Shown here piece after piece: positions 13,977-28,422 of a DNA stretch of 44,363 nt. Positions within the stretch are counted from its first letter, which is position 1; each line of letters starts with the position of its first letter. Below the pieces are notes generated by a model. That model searched no databases. It had not been told where the DNA came from and was given only the letters and a program-made list of their open reading frames with translations. The stretch is from positions 1 to 44,363 of IMG/VR virus record IMGVR_UViG_2534681673_000008; one strand, 5' to 3'. The translations under genes were made by a program, and so were the position numbers. This DNA comes from a virus (lineage: Duplodnaviria; Heunggongvirae; Uroviricota; Caudoviricetes).

Positions 13977-14717
13977 TTAACTGGCGGTGACGGTGATTTC
14001 TGCAACCGCAGCAAGTTCACCATTACCGGATACGACCGGAATGTTGACCTTGCCTGCAGCAACACCTTTCACGGTGATGGTCATACCACTGACCGACACG
14101 GTGGCTTTTGTTTTATCCGCAGACACCGCACGGAAGCTCTTGTCGGTTGCGCCTTCCGGCTGGAATGCCACGGTCAGCGTGGTGCTCTGCCCTTTCACCA
14201 CCGAGGTGCTGGCAGGCGTCACAGTCATGCCGGTTGTCGCCGTCACCGTGCTGCGATCTTCTGCCATCGACGGACGGCCCACGTTGGTGACTTTCACCGT
14301 GCGGGTGATCACTTCCTTCGCCGTCACCGCCTTACCGATACTGCTGACCCAGCCGCGGAACACATCGACCGTGCCGTTCGGGAAGCGGATTTTATAGGCT
14401 CGGGTATCCCCTTCATTAAACCACGCCAGCAGCGCCTGCTGCCCCTGCTCTCCGGGCATCCACGCCAGCGTGAAGCTGGTATCTCCGGCAGATTTCTGCC
14501 CCTGCCCGGTCGCAGTCCAGTCTGCATCTTCATCATCGAGATAGCTGTCGTCATAGGACTCAGCGGTCAGTTCGCCGGGCGTCAGGTCTTTAACTTTTGC
14601 CAGACGCGACCAGTCAACGTCTGAAAGCGGATTCGCATAAGGGTCACCGCTTCCCTTATAAACCCACAGCGTGGTCCCGGCACCTTTCACCGGCATTACA
14701 GGATTTGGTACAGGCAT
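13977..14717 (-). CDS. V: Major tail tube protein V (246 aa from ATG at 14715-14717)
   Basis: Translation from internal Met [16 protein letters not shown] matches lambda V; C-terminal Ig-like region present. Confidence 0.9.
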   Translation of the reverse strand: MPVPNPVMPVKGAGTTLWVYKGSGDPYANPLSDVDWSRLAKVKDLTPGELTAESYDDSYLDDEDADWTATGQGQKSAGDTSFTLAWMPGEQGQQALLAWFNEGDTRAYKIRFPNGTVDVFRGWVSSIGKAVTAKEVITRTVKVTNVGRPSMAEDRSTVTATTGMTVTPASTSVVKGQSTTLTVAFQPEGATDKSFRAVSADKTKATVSVSGMTITVKGVAAGKVNIPVVSGNGELAAVAEITVTAS

Positions 14718-14724
14718 AGCGTCC

Positions 14725-15120
14725 TCACATTTCATAGGTAATGACATAAGTCAGATCGGCTGAACTCCACAGGCCCGCATCATCGTCGCGCCGGTAGTCA
14801 TAGCCGCTGGCCACCATACTGGTGATCAAATCTGACAGTGCCGGGATATCACTCATCACCGGATAAATCCGGGACTCCATCCACGCATCCAGCTCTGAAT
14901 CCGGCACCTGAGCAGGCAGGAAAACTTCAATATGCAGCTCCGCCTGCCATGTATCGCTGTCCAGCTCTTCGCCCGTGTATTCAGCGCCGGTGAGATAAAC
15001 GGCAACTGCCGGAAAATCCGCCTCATCAAAAACAGCGGGGCGACCATCAAAAAACGTCGCCCCGGTGTCATGCTTCTCCAGTGCATCCAGTACGGCTGCA
15101 CGGAGTTCAGTATGTTTCAT
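14725..15120 (-). CDS. U: Tail terminator protein U (131 aa)
   Basis: Length and sequence match lambda U. Confidence 0.9.
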   Translation of the reverse strand: MKHTELRAAVLDALEKHDTGATFFDGRPAVFDEADFPAVAVYLTGAEYTGEELDSDTWQAELHIEVFLPAQVPDSELDAWMESRIYPVMSDIPALSDLITSMVASGYDYRRDDDAGLWSSADLTYVITYEM

Positions 15121-15694
15121 CGCTTTATTACCATTCTCAGTTGATGCTGCAGCGCATAGCCCAGCTCTTTCGGAAGACGTTCACGCCGTATCCGTTCAAT
15201 ATTCTGTTTAAACGCCGTGGTCAGCGGCACCGCCATCGGGATTTTCACCACATCAATGGGGTAACGGTTTTTCCCGGCCACACGCTGCATGACATGCCAC
15301 CGGCCATTTTTCAGTTGCTGAATAAACGCGCCGGGAATACGACGGTTTCCCACCACAAGCACGCTGCCGCCACCTTTCAGGGATGAACGCTGCCCCTTTT
15401 TACGACGTCTGCGGCGGGAAAGGACAACCCGCGCGTTACCCAGCTTGATTACGGGCAAATCCCCCGGTTAACCCTGATTCTGGCCTGCGGATTTTTGACC
15501 GTGGCCCTTTTCAGCCTGGCCCTTTCCTTTACCAGTTTCCGGCGTACCTTTGTCTCACGGGCAACCTGTGACGCAGACTGCGATATCGCGGATGACGCAA
15601 CGCGGTTAATGGCCATTGCGGCGGCACCAGGCACCGCCGTTTTGCTGATACGGCTGAGGTTTTCAACGGCCTGCTCAAGACCTTTTATGGCCAT
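15117..15694 (-). pseudogene. Z: Tail completion protein Z, reading frame split by a 1-nt frameshift in a C5/G5 homopolymer (15461-15465)
   Basis: Two overlapping ORFs (81 aa and 113 aa) together cover the remembered 192-aa lambda Z; the junction falls at the homopolymer. Confidence 0.75.
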
Positions 15695-15705
15695 ACATCC
15701 CCCTT

Positions 15706-16059
15706 TCAGCGGCGACGGTTAACGGCAGGCGGCACGCCACGCCCAAGCCAGAGATGACAGCTTCCGCCATCATCCGGCGAAATCCGGTCCACCCAGAAGT
15801 TTTCCTCGCCGATGGTCAGTGTGTCTCCACGCCGCAGCTGCCGCACATCATCAGTCCGGACAAACAGGGACGGGCTGGAGCCTTCAACGCGCACCCCCTG
15901 TCCGGCATAGCTGATATTTTCAGGGTCATCAAAAACACCACGTATCACAGCACCGGACAGCTCACCGGATGTCATGGTGGCTGACGTTCCCATGTACCCG
16001 CGTATCGTTTCATCGGCGCGGGCAATGGCAGCATCGAACAGGTTATCGGAATCAGCCAC
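15706..16059 (-). CDS. FII: Head-tail joining protein FII (117 aa)
   Basis: Length and sequence match lambda FII. Confidence 0.9.
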   Translation of the reverse strand: MADSDNLFDAAIARADETIRGYMGTSATMTSGELSGAVIRGVFDDPENISYAGQGVRVEGSSPSLFVRTDDVRQLRRGDTLTIGEENFWVDRISPDDGGSCHLWLGRGVPPAVNRRR

Positions 16060-16070
16060 AGCGCCTCCCG

Positions 16071-16466
16071 TTATTGCATTCTGGCCAGGCCATGTTCTGT
16101 CATTTCGGCTGCCACACCGGCAGAGACACGAAACGCCGTTCCCGGCAGCACAAATGCCACAGGCTCATCCCGCGTGGCGTGAAGTGCATCAGTATGCAGC
16201 GTCACCAGTGCCACGACCGTGACCAGAGCAGCCGTATCAATCACGGTATCCGGCTGCGCTGATACCACCTCATTTTCATGTCCGGTCAGCGCATTTTCCG
16301 GGCTGACAGATGTGTCCTGACCGGCAGCGTCATCCGTGTCATCAAGCTCCTCTTCCAGCTCTGCCACACGGAGCACCAGTTCTTCTTTCGTCCCCGTCAG
16401 GCTGACATCACGGTTCAGTTGCTCACCCAGCACCTGAAGACGGGCAATCAGTTCATCTTTCGTCAT
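16071..16466 (-). CDS. FI: Head completion / DNA packaging protein FI
   Basis: Translation from MTKDELIARL matches lambda FI; GGAGGAG Shine-Dalgarno precedes ATG at 16464-16466. Confidence 0.85.
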   Translation of the reverse strand: MTKDELIARLQVLGEQLNRDVSLTGTKEELVLRVAELEEELDDTDDAAGQDTSVSPENALTGHENEVVSAQPDTVIDTAALVTVVALVTLHTDALHATRDEPVAFVLPGTAFRVSAGVAAEMTEHGLARMQ

Positions 16467-16507
16467 GGACTCCTCCACAGAGAGAAAATGGCCCCGAAGG
16501 GCCATGA

Positions 16508-17533
16508 TTACGCCAGTTGTACGGACACGAACGCATCAGGATCAGCCAGCAGCATCAGCGGTGCTGACTGAATCATGGTGAACTCACGCGCCGGATCGCC
16601 GGTGGTCACCCAGTTTTTCGGGTAGCGGGCAGAGGCGTTAATACCTTCGCGCTGTGCGTCCGCATCCTGAATGCAGCCATAGGTGCGCAGACCGCGTGCC
16701 TGAGTGTTCCCCAGCACCATCGTGTTGTCCGGCAGGAAGTTCTTTTTGACGTCGTTTTCCACGTACTGTCCGGAATACACGACGATCGCCGTATCGCCAT
16801 ACATCCCCTTATAGGACACCGCTTCGCCCAGGTCTTTTACCGCTGTCTCCAGCTCGGAATGAGAGCCGCGACGGGTATCCAGCTTCTCCTTGACGGCTTT
16901 GAAGGAACGGAACAGCGCCCAGCCTTTCGGATCAAACACGATGATATTCACCACGCCGCTGGCGTTCAGCGCATAGGCTTCGATATCGTCGGTCGGGTCA
17001 TACGTGGACTTGTCACGCTTGCTCCACTCCGTACCACCGGACTGTGTGATGTTGTTCGCCGCACTGCGGCCCATATCCACCTCAACCGGATCGAAGGCTT
17101 CACCGGTCATGGTGTATTTGCCCTTAAGCACAGCAGAAACTGCCTGCATCTCTTCGACCTGAGCAATGGCCAGCTCTTCGTCTCGCATGTTCTGCATGAT
17201 GATGCGACGGCGGCGGTAAGCCGGGTCCGCCAGATTCTGCGGATCTTCATCCGGCAGGCGACGCAGGGTCATCTGCGGATTCACCTCATGCTTGGGTTTG
17301 ACATATCCCGGCGTAAATTCAGAGGTGGAGCCGCCACGGGAACGGATAACCTCACCGGAAACAATCGGCGAAACGTACAGCGCCATGTTTACCAGTCCCG
17401 GAATTTGTGAGAGATAGACTTTCTCCGTGGTGAAGGGATAGCTCTCACGGAAAAAGAGACGCAGAAACAGCGGATCAAACTTAAATTTCTGCTCATTTGC
17501 CGCCAGCAGCTGGGCGGTTGTGTACATCGACAT
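16508..17533 (-). CDS. E: Major capsid protein E (341 aa)
   Basis: Translation from MSMYTTAQLLAANEQ matches lambda E. Confidence 0.9.
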   Translation of the reverse strand: MSMYTTAQLLAANEQKFKFDPLFLRLFFRESYPFTTEKVYLSQIPGLVNMALYVSPIVSGEVIRSRGGSTSEFTPGYVKPKHEVNPQMTLRRLPDEDPQNLADPAYRRRRIIMQNMRDEELAIAQVEEMQAVSAVLKGKYTMTGEAFDPVEVDMGRSAANNITQSGGTEWSKRDKSTYDPTDDIEAYALNASGVVNIIVFDPKGWALFRSFKAVKEKLDTRRGSHSELETAVKDLGEAVSYKGMYGDTAIVVYSGQYVENDVKKNFLPDNTMVLGNTQARGLRTYGCIQDADAQREGINASARYPKNWVTTGDPAREFTMIQSAPLMLLADPDAFVSVQLA

Positions 17534-17588
17534 AAAAAAATCCCGTAAAAAAAGCCGCACAGGCGGCCTTTAGTGATGAAGGGTAAGG

Positions 17589-17921
17589 TTAAACGATGCT
17601 GATTGCCGTTCCGGCAAACGCGGTCCGTTTTTTCGTCTCGTCGCTGGCAGCCTCCGGCCAGAGCACATCCTCATAACGGAACGTGCCGGACTTGTAGAAC
17701 GTCAGCGTGGTGCTGGTCTGGTCAGCATCAACCGCCAGAATGCCAACGGCAGTACCGTCGGTGGTGCCATCCCACGCAACCAGCTTACGGGTGGAGGTGT
17801 CCAGCATCAGCGGGGTCATTGCAGGCGCTTTCGCACTCAATCCGCCGGGCGCGGTTGCCGTATGTGCCGGGTCACTGTTGCCCAGCGGCTGGTAATGGGT
17901 AAAGGTTTCTTTGCTCGTCAT
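17589..17921 (-). CDS. D: Capsid decoration protein D (110 aa)
   Basis: Translation from [12 protein letters not shown] matches lambda D. Confidence 0.9.
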   Translation of the reverse strand: MTSKETFTHYQPLGNSDPAHTATAPGGLSAKAPAMTPLMLDTSTRKLVAWDGTTDGTAVGILAVDADQTSTTLTFYKSGTFRYEDVLWPEAASDETKKRTAFAGTAISIV

Positions 17922-17930
17922 AAACATCCC

Positions 17931-18536
17931 TTACACTGGTGTGTTCAGCAAATCGTTAACGGCATCAGATGCCGGGTTACCTGCAGCCAGTGGTGCCGGT
18001 GCCCCCTGCATCAGACGATCCAGCGCAGTGTCACTGCGCGCCTGTGCACTCTGTGGTGCAGCTGCCAGAATGCGGCGGGCCGTTTCCACGGTCATACCGG
18101 GGGTTTCGGCCAGCACACGTGCCTGTTCTTCGCGTCCGTGAGCTTCCTCACAGTTGAGGATCCCCATAATGCGGCTGTTTTCTGCCGCAACCGCAGCGGT
18201 GATCTGCGCGTTCACGTCCGGCTGCGCCGCGCTGGCGTTTTCGCCCTCCGTCGCTTGCACCACGTCAGTAACGTCAGCCTGCGAAGCAGTGGCTGAAACA
18301 GTTGTTGATTGAGTCTCTTTGGTCATTCGCCCTCCTGAGAGACGGGATTTACGTGCATCCAGTGCATCACGCATAACGGTGATCGCATCGGTGCTGTTGA
18401 CAAGTTCATCAGCCAGTCCGGCATCAATGGCCTCCTGACCGCTGTACACTGCAGCCTCGGTATCCAGCACAGCCTGCACGGACAGGCCGGTATATGCCGA
18501 CACCTTCTGCGCAAACATCCGGCGGGTTGCATCCAT
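17931..18536 (-). CDS. nu3: Scaffolding protein Nu3 (in-frame internal start within C, 201 aa)
   Basis: In-frame ATG at 18534-18536 gives a 201-aa product, as for lambda Nu3 nested in C. Confidence 0.7.
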   Translation of the reverse strand: MDATRRMFAQKVSAYTGLSVQAVLDTEAAVYSGQEAIDAGLADELVNSTDAITVMRDALDARKSRLSGGRMTKETQSTTVSATASQADVTDVVQATEGENASAAQPDVNAQITAAVAAENSRIMGILNCEEAHGREEQARVLAETPGMTVETARRILAAAPQSAQARSDTALDRLMQGAPAPLAAGNPASDAVNDLLNTPV

Positions 18537-19230
18537 CCGGGACTGCAGTGTCTCCCGGACATCACCCGGTAGATGGCTGTAGGGGTTGCCATCCACCTTA
18601 TGGCTGCCGCTGTAAATCAGCGTGATTTCCACGCCCTGTTTCTCCAGCGCAGCGCCGTAATTACTGTGAGCCATCATGACGCCGATGGAGCCTGTCCGGG
18701 CGGTCTGCGTGACCAGACGCCGGGAGGCGGCGCTGGCAAGCAGCTGACCTGCACTGCAGTTCATGTCGTTGGCCAGCGCCCATACCGGCTTTATGTCACG
18801 CACACGGGCGATGATGTCAGCACAGTCAAATGCTCCCGCCACCATCCCGCCCGGTGTGTCCATATCGAGCAGAATGCCGTCCACCATCGGATCGCTGGCA
18901 GCCTGTTGCAGACGGGCGATAATGCCGTTGTAACCGGTCATTCCCGAATACGGCTGCAGCGCCCGCGTCCGGCTGACCAGCGTACCGGACACCGGCAGCA
19001 CGGCGATGCCGTTCATGACCTGATAACTGCGGGCCTGTCGTGGTCCGTCATCATCACCGGATAACGCCAGCGCCGCGGGTGCCTCTCCGGCAGTCAGGCT
19101 GTCGCCGGATACTGCATCCGTCAGGCGACTGATCCCAAGCTGGCCTGCAAGCGCACAAAAGAAAACCCGCGCATAGGCGGGTTCAAGCATCAGCGGCTCA
19201 TTAAAAGCCATGCTGGCAATATGCGGGAGA

Positions 19231-19250
<20 letters not shown>
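17931..19250 (-). CDS. C: Capsid assembly protease / scaffold C (ClpP-like, 439 aa, GTG start)
   Basis: Translation VTAELRNLPHIASMAFNEP matches lambda C; GTG at 19248-19250 lies inside the retained 3-prime end of B as in lambda. Confidence 0.9.
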
Positions 19251-22303
<3,053 letters not shown>

Positions 22304-22329
<26 letters not shown>

Positions 22330-22849
22330 TCAGCAACCCCGGTATCAGTTCATCCAGCGCGGCTGCTTTGTTCATGGCTTTGATGATATCCCGTTTCAGG
22401 AAATCAACATGTCGGTTTTCCAGTTCCGGAAAACGCCGCTGCACCGACAGGGGGATCCCGTCGAGAATACTGGCAATTTCACCTGCGATCCGCGACAGCA
22501 CGAAAGTACAGAATGCGGTTTCCACCACTTCAGCGGAGTCTCTGGCATTTTTCAGCTCCTGTGCGTCGGCCTGCGCACGCGTAAGTCGATGGCGTTCGTA
22601 CTCAATAGTCCCTGGCTGGAGATCTGTCTCGCTGGCCTGCCGCAGTTCTTCAACTTCCCGGCGCAGCTTTTCGTTCTCAATTTCAGCATCCCTTTCGGCA
22701 TACCATTTTATGACGGCGGCAGAGTCATAAAGCACCTCATTACCCTTGCCACCGCCTCGCAGAACGGGCATTCCCTGTTCCTGCCAGTTCTGAATGGTAC
22801 GGATACTCGCACCGAAAATGTCAGCCAGCTGCTTTTTGTTGACTTCCAT
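22304..22849 (-). CDS. nu1: Terminase small subunit Nu1 (181 aa)
   Basis: N-terminal HTH MEVNKKQLADIFGASIRTIQNWQEQGMPV matches lambda Nu1. Confidence 0.9.
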
Positions 22850-23100
22850 TGTTCATTCCACGGACAAAAACAGAGAAAGGAAACGACAGAGGCCAAAAAG
22901 CTCGCTTTCAGCACCTGTCGTTTCCTTTCTTTTCAGAGGGTATTTTAAATAAAAACATTAAGTTATGACGAAGAAGAACGGAAACGCCTTAAACCGGAAA
23001 ATTTTCATAAATAGCGAAAACCCGCGAGGTCGCCGCCCCGTAACCTGTCGGATCGCCGGAAAGGACCCGCAAAAATGATAATAATTATCATCTACATGTC
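22850..23100 (-). other. cos: cos region; cosN 12-nt cohesive end GGGCGGCGACCT at 23038-23049 (minus strand), cosB between cosN and nu1
   Basis: Exact lambda cohesive-end sequence and lambda-like left-end and right-end flanks. Confidence 0.8.
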
Positions 23101-23238
23101 ACAACGTGCATCTACGCCATCAAACCACGTCAAATAATCAATTATGACGCAGGTATCGTATTAATTGATCTGCATCAACTTAACGTAAAAACAACTTCAG
23201 ACAATACAAATCAGCGACACTGAATACGGGGCAACCTC

Positions 23239-23433
23239 ATGTCAACGAAGAACAGAACCCGCAGAACAACAACCCGCAACATCCGCTTTCCTAACCAAAT
23301 GATTGAACAAATTAACATCGCTCTTGAGCAAAAAGGGTCCGGGAATTTCTCAGCCTGGGTCATTGAAGCCTGCCGTCGGAGACTAACGTCAGAAAAGAGA
23401 GCATATACATCAATCCAAAGTGATGATGGATGA
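23239..23433 (+). CDS. Small ribbon-helix-helix-like protein (YlcI-like, 64 aa)
   Basis: 64-aa ORF with a plausible strand-helix-helix pattern; sits in lambda-like right-end DNA near cos. Confidence 0.5.
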   Translation: MSTKNRTRRTTTRNIRFPNQMIEQINIALEQKGSGNFSAWVIEACRRRLTSEKRAYTSIQSDDG

Positions 23434-23795
23434 ACATCCCGGTTTCTTCCACCATCGCACCGGAAAAGCGACTATGAGGGTAACCCTGCGTCTGTCAGCA
23501 CAGTAAAACCCGGTGTGCATCGTTTTTGATTATTCCCGCACACTCACGCAGAAGGAATTCCCCGTCGGGCTACGGTCATGGTTAATGCGGGAATACGGCG
23601 ACGATACAGCGCAGCTAAAAGGGTAATAGACGGATAGACCGGTTTATTTCATTCCACAGGATTCTGAGTGTCCCCAACTTCCTCCAATAGTCTGAGCGTA
23701 CACCTATATAGTTTTAATTTTCATCAATCCATTTAACTATCGTTTAATTGTTGTCACATAGGATTCTGCCGTTTTTAACAATGCAGGATAATAAG

Positions 23796-24089
23796 ATGAA
23801 AAAAATGTTGTTTTCTGCCGCTCTGGCAATGCTTATTACAGGATGTGCTCAACAGACGTTTACTGTTGGAAACAAACCGACAGCAGTAACACCAAAGGAA
23901 ACCATCACCCATCACTTCTTCGTTTCGGGAATTGGACAGGAGAAAACTGTTGATGCAGCCAAAATTTGTGGCGGCGCAGAAAATGTTGTTAAAACAGAAA
24001 CCCAGCAAACATTCGTAAATGGATTTCTCGGTTTTATTACTTTAGGCATTTATACTCCGCTGGAAGCGCGTGTGTATTGCTCACAATAA
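23796..24089 (+). CDS. bor: Bor lipoprotein (serum-resistance moron, 97 aa)
   Basis: MKKMLFSAALAMLITGC lipobox and close match to lambda Bor; ATG at 23796. Confidence 0.9.
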   Translation: MKKMLFSAALAMLITGCAQQTFTVGNKPTAVTPKETITHHFFVSGIGQEKTVDAAKICGGAENVVKTETQQTFVNGFLGFITLGIYTPLEARVYCSQ

Positions 24090-24120
24090 TTGCATGAGTT
24101 GCCCATCGATATGGGCAGCT

Positions 24121-24582
24121 CTATCTGCACTGCTCATTAATATACTTCTGGGTTCCTTCCAGTTGTTTTTGCATAGTGATCAGCCTCTCTCTGAGGGTGA
24201 AATAATCCCGTTCAGCGGTGTCTGCCAGTCGGGGGGAGGCTGCATTATCCACGCCGGAGGCGGTGGTGGCTTCACGCACTGACTGACAGACTGCTTTGAT
24301 GTGCAACCGACGACGACCAGCGGCAACATCATCACGCAGAGCATCATTTTCAGCTTTCGCATCAGCTAACTCCTTCGTGTATTTTGCATCGAGCGCAGCA
24401 ACATCACGCTGACGCATCTGCATGTCAGTAATTGCCGCGTTCGCCAGCTTCAGTTCTCTGGCATTTTTGTCGCGCTGGGCTTTGTAGGTAATGGCGTTAT
24501 CACGGTAATGATTAACAGCCCATGACAGGCAAACGATGATGCAGATAACCAGAGCGGAGATAATCGCGGTTACTCTGTTCAT
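24121..24582 (-). CDS. Rz: Spanin inner-membrane subunit Rz (153 aa)
   Basis: Translation from [21 protein letters not shown] matches lambda Rz; start overlaps R stop (ATGA). Confidence 0.9.
   Translation of the reverse strand: MNRVTAIISALVICIIVCLSWAVNHYRDNAITYKAQRDKNARELKLANAAITDMQMRQRDVAALDAKYTKELADAKAENDALRDDVAAGRRRLHIKAVCQSVREATTASGVDNAASPRLADTAERDYFTLRERLITMQKQLEGTQKYINEQCR
24180..24362 (-). CDS. Rz1: Spanin outer-membrane lipoprotein Rz1 (60 aa), nested in the +1 frame of Rz
   Basis: Lipobox LVVVGC and proline-rich stretch; embedded gene arrangement as in lambda. Confidence 0.85.
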   Translation of the reverse strand: MRKLKMMLCVMMLPLVVVGCTSKQSVSQCVKPPPPPAWIMQPPPDWQTPLNGIISPSERG

Positions 24583-25076
24583 TGCTGACCCCACAAACAG
24601 ATTTCACGCTCAATCTCACGACGAGTCATGAGACCTTTCCATTGCTTACCGCCAGCATATGTCCAGCGACGTAGCTGATCACATGCGCCTTTGATATCGC
24701 CCTGGTTTATTTTGCGAAGAAGCGTCGATGTTCTGAAATTGCCAGCGCCCACGTTGTAAACGAACGAGTAAAGAGCGCCGCGCGTTGTTTCCGGTATATC
24801 AACTTTTATGTACGGGTTAATTTGTCTGGCGACCGTGGCAAGGTCTTTATTCAGGAGGGCTTTGCATTCTGCTTTGGTATACGTTTTACCGAGCATGATG
24901 TCTTTTCCTGTATGCCCGTGACATACAGTCCATACACCAACAATATCTTTGTATGGTATGTAGCTGACACCTTCCAGACCATCGTTACCACTTGGGCCAG
25001 TAATTAACACTGATGCTATAGCAATTGCTCCGCCACCAATAGCAGCAGCAACGGCTTTTCGTAATGATGGAGGCAT
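24579..25076 (-). CDS. R: SAR endolysin, phage-21 type lysozyme (165 aa)
   Basis: N-terminal signal-anchor-release segment [21 protein letters not shown] and match to remembered phage 21 R / DLP12 RrrD. Confidence 0.9.
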   Translation of the reverse strand: MPPSLRKAVAAAIGGGAIAIASVLITGPSGNDGLEGVSYIPYKDIVGVWTVCHGHTGKDIMLGKTYTKAECKALLNKDLATVARQINPYIKVDIPETTRGALYSFVYNVGAGNFRTSTLLRKINQGDIKGACDQLRRWTYAGGKQWKGLMTRREIEREICLWGQQ

Positions 25077-25291
25077 TATTCACCTCTCGCAGCCTTGCGC
25101 TTATCTTCTTTAATCTTGAAATAAAGGTTTGTCAGGTACGTCAGCAGGCCAAATACCAGGCTACCCAGCACACCTATTGCTGCCCACTGTGAGGGCGTGA
25201 CTTTATCGAGCAGCTGTAAAAACCAGTAACCGGCACTACCTGCTGAGGTGCCATAGGCGACACCCGTTGTTAACTTATCCATGGATTTCAT
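25076..25291 (-). CDS. S: Pinholin, phage-21 S type (71 aa, dual-start MKSMDK motif)
   Basis: [26 protein letters not shown]... matches S21; ATG at 25289-25291 with GAGGTGGGG Shine-Dalgarno. Confidence 0.85.
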
Positions 25292-25879
25292 AACCCCACC
25301 TCGCAGACAAAGCGGGTGTAAATTGAGGGAATACAACGTATCGCAAAAAAGCAGAAACGTAACAGACTCGGAGTCAGTGAATAACTCAGGTATTGAGTTA
25401 TCAGCTAATATCGAGACTCAAAAAATGGAAAAACCAGCTCGACGGCGGGTTTAAGCTGTGTGACGAAGTAACCACTCTTAACAGCATAACCAATTTTTTA
25501 CGTACGTAAACCACTGAATGATATTTATGAGAATGCTACCGAGTGTTCAAAACACCACCACAAATACATAAGAAAACCTCAACAAATAACCAATAAATAA
25601 TTTCAGACGTTATTTTTAGTTGGTTTAAATTAAACTGCCGAATTATAGAACCTCCATAAATAACAACCATTAATATAAATTAGCTAATAGGTTTATTTTT
25701 GTTCAAATAAGAGCCATAAATAGGTTTCGATAGAAAAAGTTCAGATAAAAATAGAGATCTACTTCACAAATTAAATGAGAAACTAAAACTTACATCTTGA
25801 AATAATCACATTGATTAGATGAATATTTATCGCGCAGTGACATCATTTTTTAATAATAGTTCAAAAAAAAGGGCTCACG

Positions 25880-26977
25880 ATGAAAAAATTAACAGTGGCA
25901 ATTTCTGCTGTAGCTGCATCAGTACTGATGGCGATGTCTGCTCAGGCAGCTGAAATTTATAATAAAGACAGTAACAAGCTGGATCTGTACGGGAAAGTTA
26001 ATGCCAAGCACTACTTCTCCTCTAATGATGCAGATGATGGTGATACTACTTATGCCCGTCTTGGCTTCAAAGGTGAAACCCAAATCAACGATCAACTGAC
26101 TGGTTTCGGTCAGTGGGAATATGAATTCAAAGGCAACCGCGCTGAATCTCAAGGTTCCTCCAAAGACAAAACCCGTCTTGCATTTGCAGGCCTGAAATTC
26201 GGTGACTACGGCTCAATCGATTACGGCCGTAACTACGGTGTAGCATACGACATCGGTGCGTGGACTGACGTTCTGCCAGAATTCGGTGGCGATACCTGGA
26301 CCCAAACAGATGTGTTCATGACTGGTCGCACCACTGGTGTTGCAACCTATCGTAACAACGACTTCTTTGGTCTGGTTGATGGTCTGAACTTTGCTGCTCA
26401 GTACCAAGGCAAAAACGATCGTAGCGATTTCGATAACTACACTGAAGGTAACGGTGATGGCTTCGGTTTCTCTGCTACCTATGAATACGAAGGATTCGGT
26501 ATCGGTGCAACTTATGCGAAATCTGATCGTACCGACACTCAAGTTAATGCAGGGAAAGTTCTTCCTGAAGTATTTGCTTCCGGTAAAAATGCAGAAGTTT
26601 GGGCCGCAGGTCTGAAATATGACGCTAACAACATTTACCTGGCCACTACCTATTCTGAAACCCAGAATATGACTGTATTTGCTGATCACTTCGTTGCTAA
26701 TAAAGCCCAAAACTTCGAAGCTGTTGCACAATATCAGTTCGATTTCGGTCTGCGTCCGTCCGTTGCTTACCTGCAATCTAAAGGTAAAGATCTTGGAGTA
26801 TGGGGCGATCAGGACTTAGTCAAATATGTTGATGTAGGTGCAACCTATTACTTCAACAAAAATATGTCTACTTTCGTTGATTACAAAATCAACCTGCTTG
26901 ACAAAAATGACTTCACTAAAGCACTCGGTGTAAGCACTGATGACATCGTTGCTGTAGGTCTGGTTTACCAGTTCTAA
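25880..26977 (+). CDS. nmpC: Outer membrane porin, OmpC/NmpC/Lc family (365 aa), prophage moron between Q and S
   Basis: Signal peptide, porin beta-barrel composition and C-terminal F; AT-rich upstream region with OmpR-box-like sequence. Confidence 0.9.
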   Translation: MKKLTVAISAVAASVLMAMSAQAAEIYNKDSNKLDLYGKVNAKHYFSSNDADDGDTTYARLGFKGETQINDQLTGFGQWEYEFKGNRAESQGSSKDKTRLAFAGLKFGDYGSIDYGRNYGVAYDIGAWTDVLPEFGGDTWTQTDVFMTGRTTGVATYRNNDFFGLVDGLNFAAQYQGKNDRSDFDNYTEGNGDGFGFSATYEYEGFGIGATYAKSDRTDTQVNAGKVLPEVFASGKNAEVWAAGLKYDANNIYLATTYSETQNMTVFADHFVANKAQNFEAVAQYQFDFGLRPSVAYLQSKGKDLGVWGDQDLVKYVDVGATYYFNKNMSTFVDYKINLLDKNDFTKALGVSTDDIVAVGLVYQF

Positions 26978-27114
26978 TCTGATTACGAAAAAGATATGTT
27001 GCGGGAGGCGTTGCCTCCCCAACATATAAGTGGCTCCCTCAAGCCACTTCCTTTAGAAGCACAACCTTGCTTCTAACTATATAAACCTTCTGTTATATAT
27101 TACCCTTGATTTTT

Positions 27115-27145
27115 GGGGGCGTCTCAACGCCCCATTTTTAATAAT
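27115..27145 (+). terminator. Rho-independent terminator downstream of the porin gene
   Basis: Hairpin GGGGCG-TCTCAA-CGCCCC followed by ATTTTTAATAATTTTT. Confidence 0.6.
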
Positions 27146-27166
27146 TTTTAGTAAACAATTGGCATA

Positions 27167-27550
27167 TTAATTAGAGTTATTAACAACGATATCCATCTCT
27201 AACCGGATATCTAATGCCATTAACATCCCTTCAATTATGCCCTCAGCCTTCTGTAACCTTTTCCCGATATAACCATCAGAGCAGCAATGCTTACCTGCCA
27301 GTGACATGAATGTCATACCGACTACATAATAATCTACTAATAAATCGTGCAAATCGCTGTTGTTCTTTTTCAGACGGGCCATGCACCCGCAAATAATCAT
27401 CGCGTCATCGTCACAACATTGCGGGCGAGATTTTACTTTTGAAGTAATTAATCCCTTAAAACCGGCGGCAATGGACGACCAGGTCACATCTTCATGATTA
27501 TTAGCCGCCCACGCTCCCCAACGCTCAAGAACCATCTGAATATCACGCAT
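27167..27550 (-). CDS. quuD: Late antiterminator Q (82/DLP12 QuuD type, 127 aa)
   Basis: Translation from [18 protein letters not shown] matches DLP12 QuuD; position upstream of the lysis cassette. Confidence 0.8.
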   Translation of the reverse strand: MRDIQMVLERWGAWAANNHEDVTWSSIAAGFKGLITSKVKSRPQCCDDDAMIICGCMARLKKNNSDLHDLLVDYYVVGMTFMSLAGKHCCSDGYIGKRLQKAEGIIEGMLMALDIRLEMDIVVNNSN

Positions 27551-27635
27551 CAACTTACTCCACAAAAATCAGACCAGAACGCCAATTACAAGCAAAAATC
27601 AACAAAACAGTATTAGTTGATTGTTATCTCTGACT

Positions 27636-27758
27636 TCATACTCCTGCTCCTGTCAGGGTTTTGGCGTAATTCTTCAGTATTCGGTAATCGGTCAAAACAG
27701 AACCGGGGAAACGATATAAGCGCAGATGCCCCCAGCGGTGGCGAAGAAGTTCTGCCAT
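27636..27758 (-). CDS. ylcG: YlcG-like small protein (40 aa)
   Basis: Hand-translated ORF MAELLRHRWGHLRLYRFPGSVLTDYRILKNYAKTLTGAGV between rusA and Q, as in DLP12. Confidence 0.5.
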   Translation of the reverse strand: MAELLRHRWGHLRLYRFPGSVLTDYRILKNYAKTLTGAGV

Positions 27759-27772
27759 ATAAAACTCAAACA

Positions 27773-28135
27773 TCATTCATTCCCCATTTCGGTGATGGTC
27801 AGTTCCAGCCTCCCACCTTTGGTAACAGGCATCTTCACAACGCGGTAATCAACGACCTGAGCATCATCCAGCCAGAAACCTGCTTTGGTGAGTGCGTCAA
27901 AAGCGGCTTTTTGCAGATTATCCAGGTCACGGCGACGGCGATCCGGCATGTGGCACTCAATACGGATTTTCACTGGCATAGCCAGGCCGATATCCAGCAT
28001 TGCGTTTTTAATGATTCGGGTGACGTTATCGCGGTATGCCTGCCCTTCTGCGCTGATGTGCGTGCGCCCGCGATTATGGCGGTAATAGCGATTATTGCTC
28101 GGAGGCCAGGGTAATGTGATGCTGTAGGTATTCAC
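27773..28135 (-). CDS. rusA: Holliday junction resolvase RusA (120 aa)
   Basis: Length and sequence match DLP12 RusA. Confidence 0.9.
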   Translation of the reverse strand: MNTYSITLPWPPSNNRYYRHNRGRTHISAEGQAYRDNVTRIIKNAMLDIGLAMPVKIRIECHMPDRRRRDLDNLQKAAFDALTKAGFWLDDAQVVDYRVVKMPVTKGGRLELTITEMGNE

Positions 28136-28422
28136 GCCTTAATAACCCCCTCTTTCAGCCAGATAACCTGTGTTCTCGCCATACCTTCCAGCGCGCATTC
28201 TTTTGCATATGCAGCATCGACAAAATGTGTGCGGCGGTCGATTTCGTCGTGGCAGACAGAACATGCAATGGTGGCAATCAGGTCTGGCGGTTTGATACCG
28301 GTACCGCACAATCCAGCCAGCCGGATATGTGCCAGTACAGACGTTTCAGAATTGCCATTACATACGCCAGGGATTCTTACCTGGCATTCCCGACCACGCG
28401 CTGCTTTTCTCAAATCAGCCAT
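28132..28422 (-). CDS. ybcO: YbcO-like nin-region protein (96 aa from ATG at 28420-28422)
   Basis: Translation from [14 protein letters not shown] with cysteine-rich motif; overlaps ninE stop by 8 nt. Confidence 0.8.
   Translation of the reverse strand: MADLRKAARGRECQVRIPGVCNGNSETSVLAHIRLAGLCGTGIKPPDLIATIACSVCHDEIDRRTHFVDAAYAKECALEGMARTQVIWLKEGVIKA

Noticed and set aside
27617-28114. 165-aa plus-strand ORF
   Set aside because: Antisense to rusA and ylcG, which are supported by homology and operon context.
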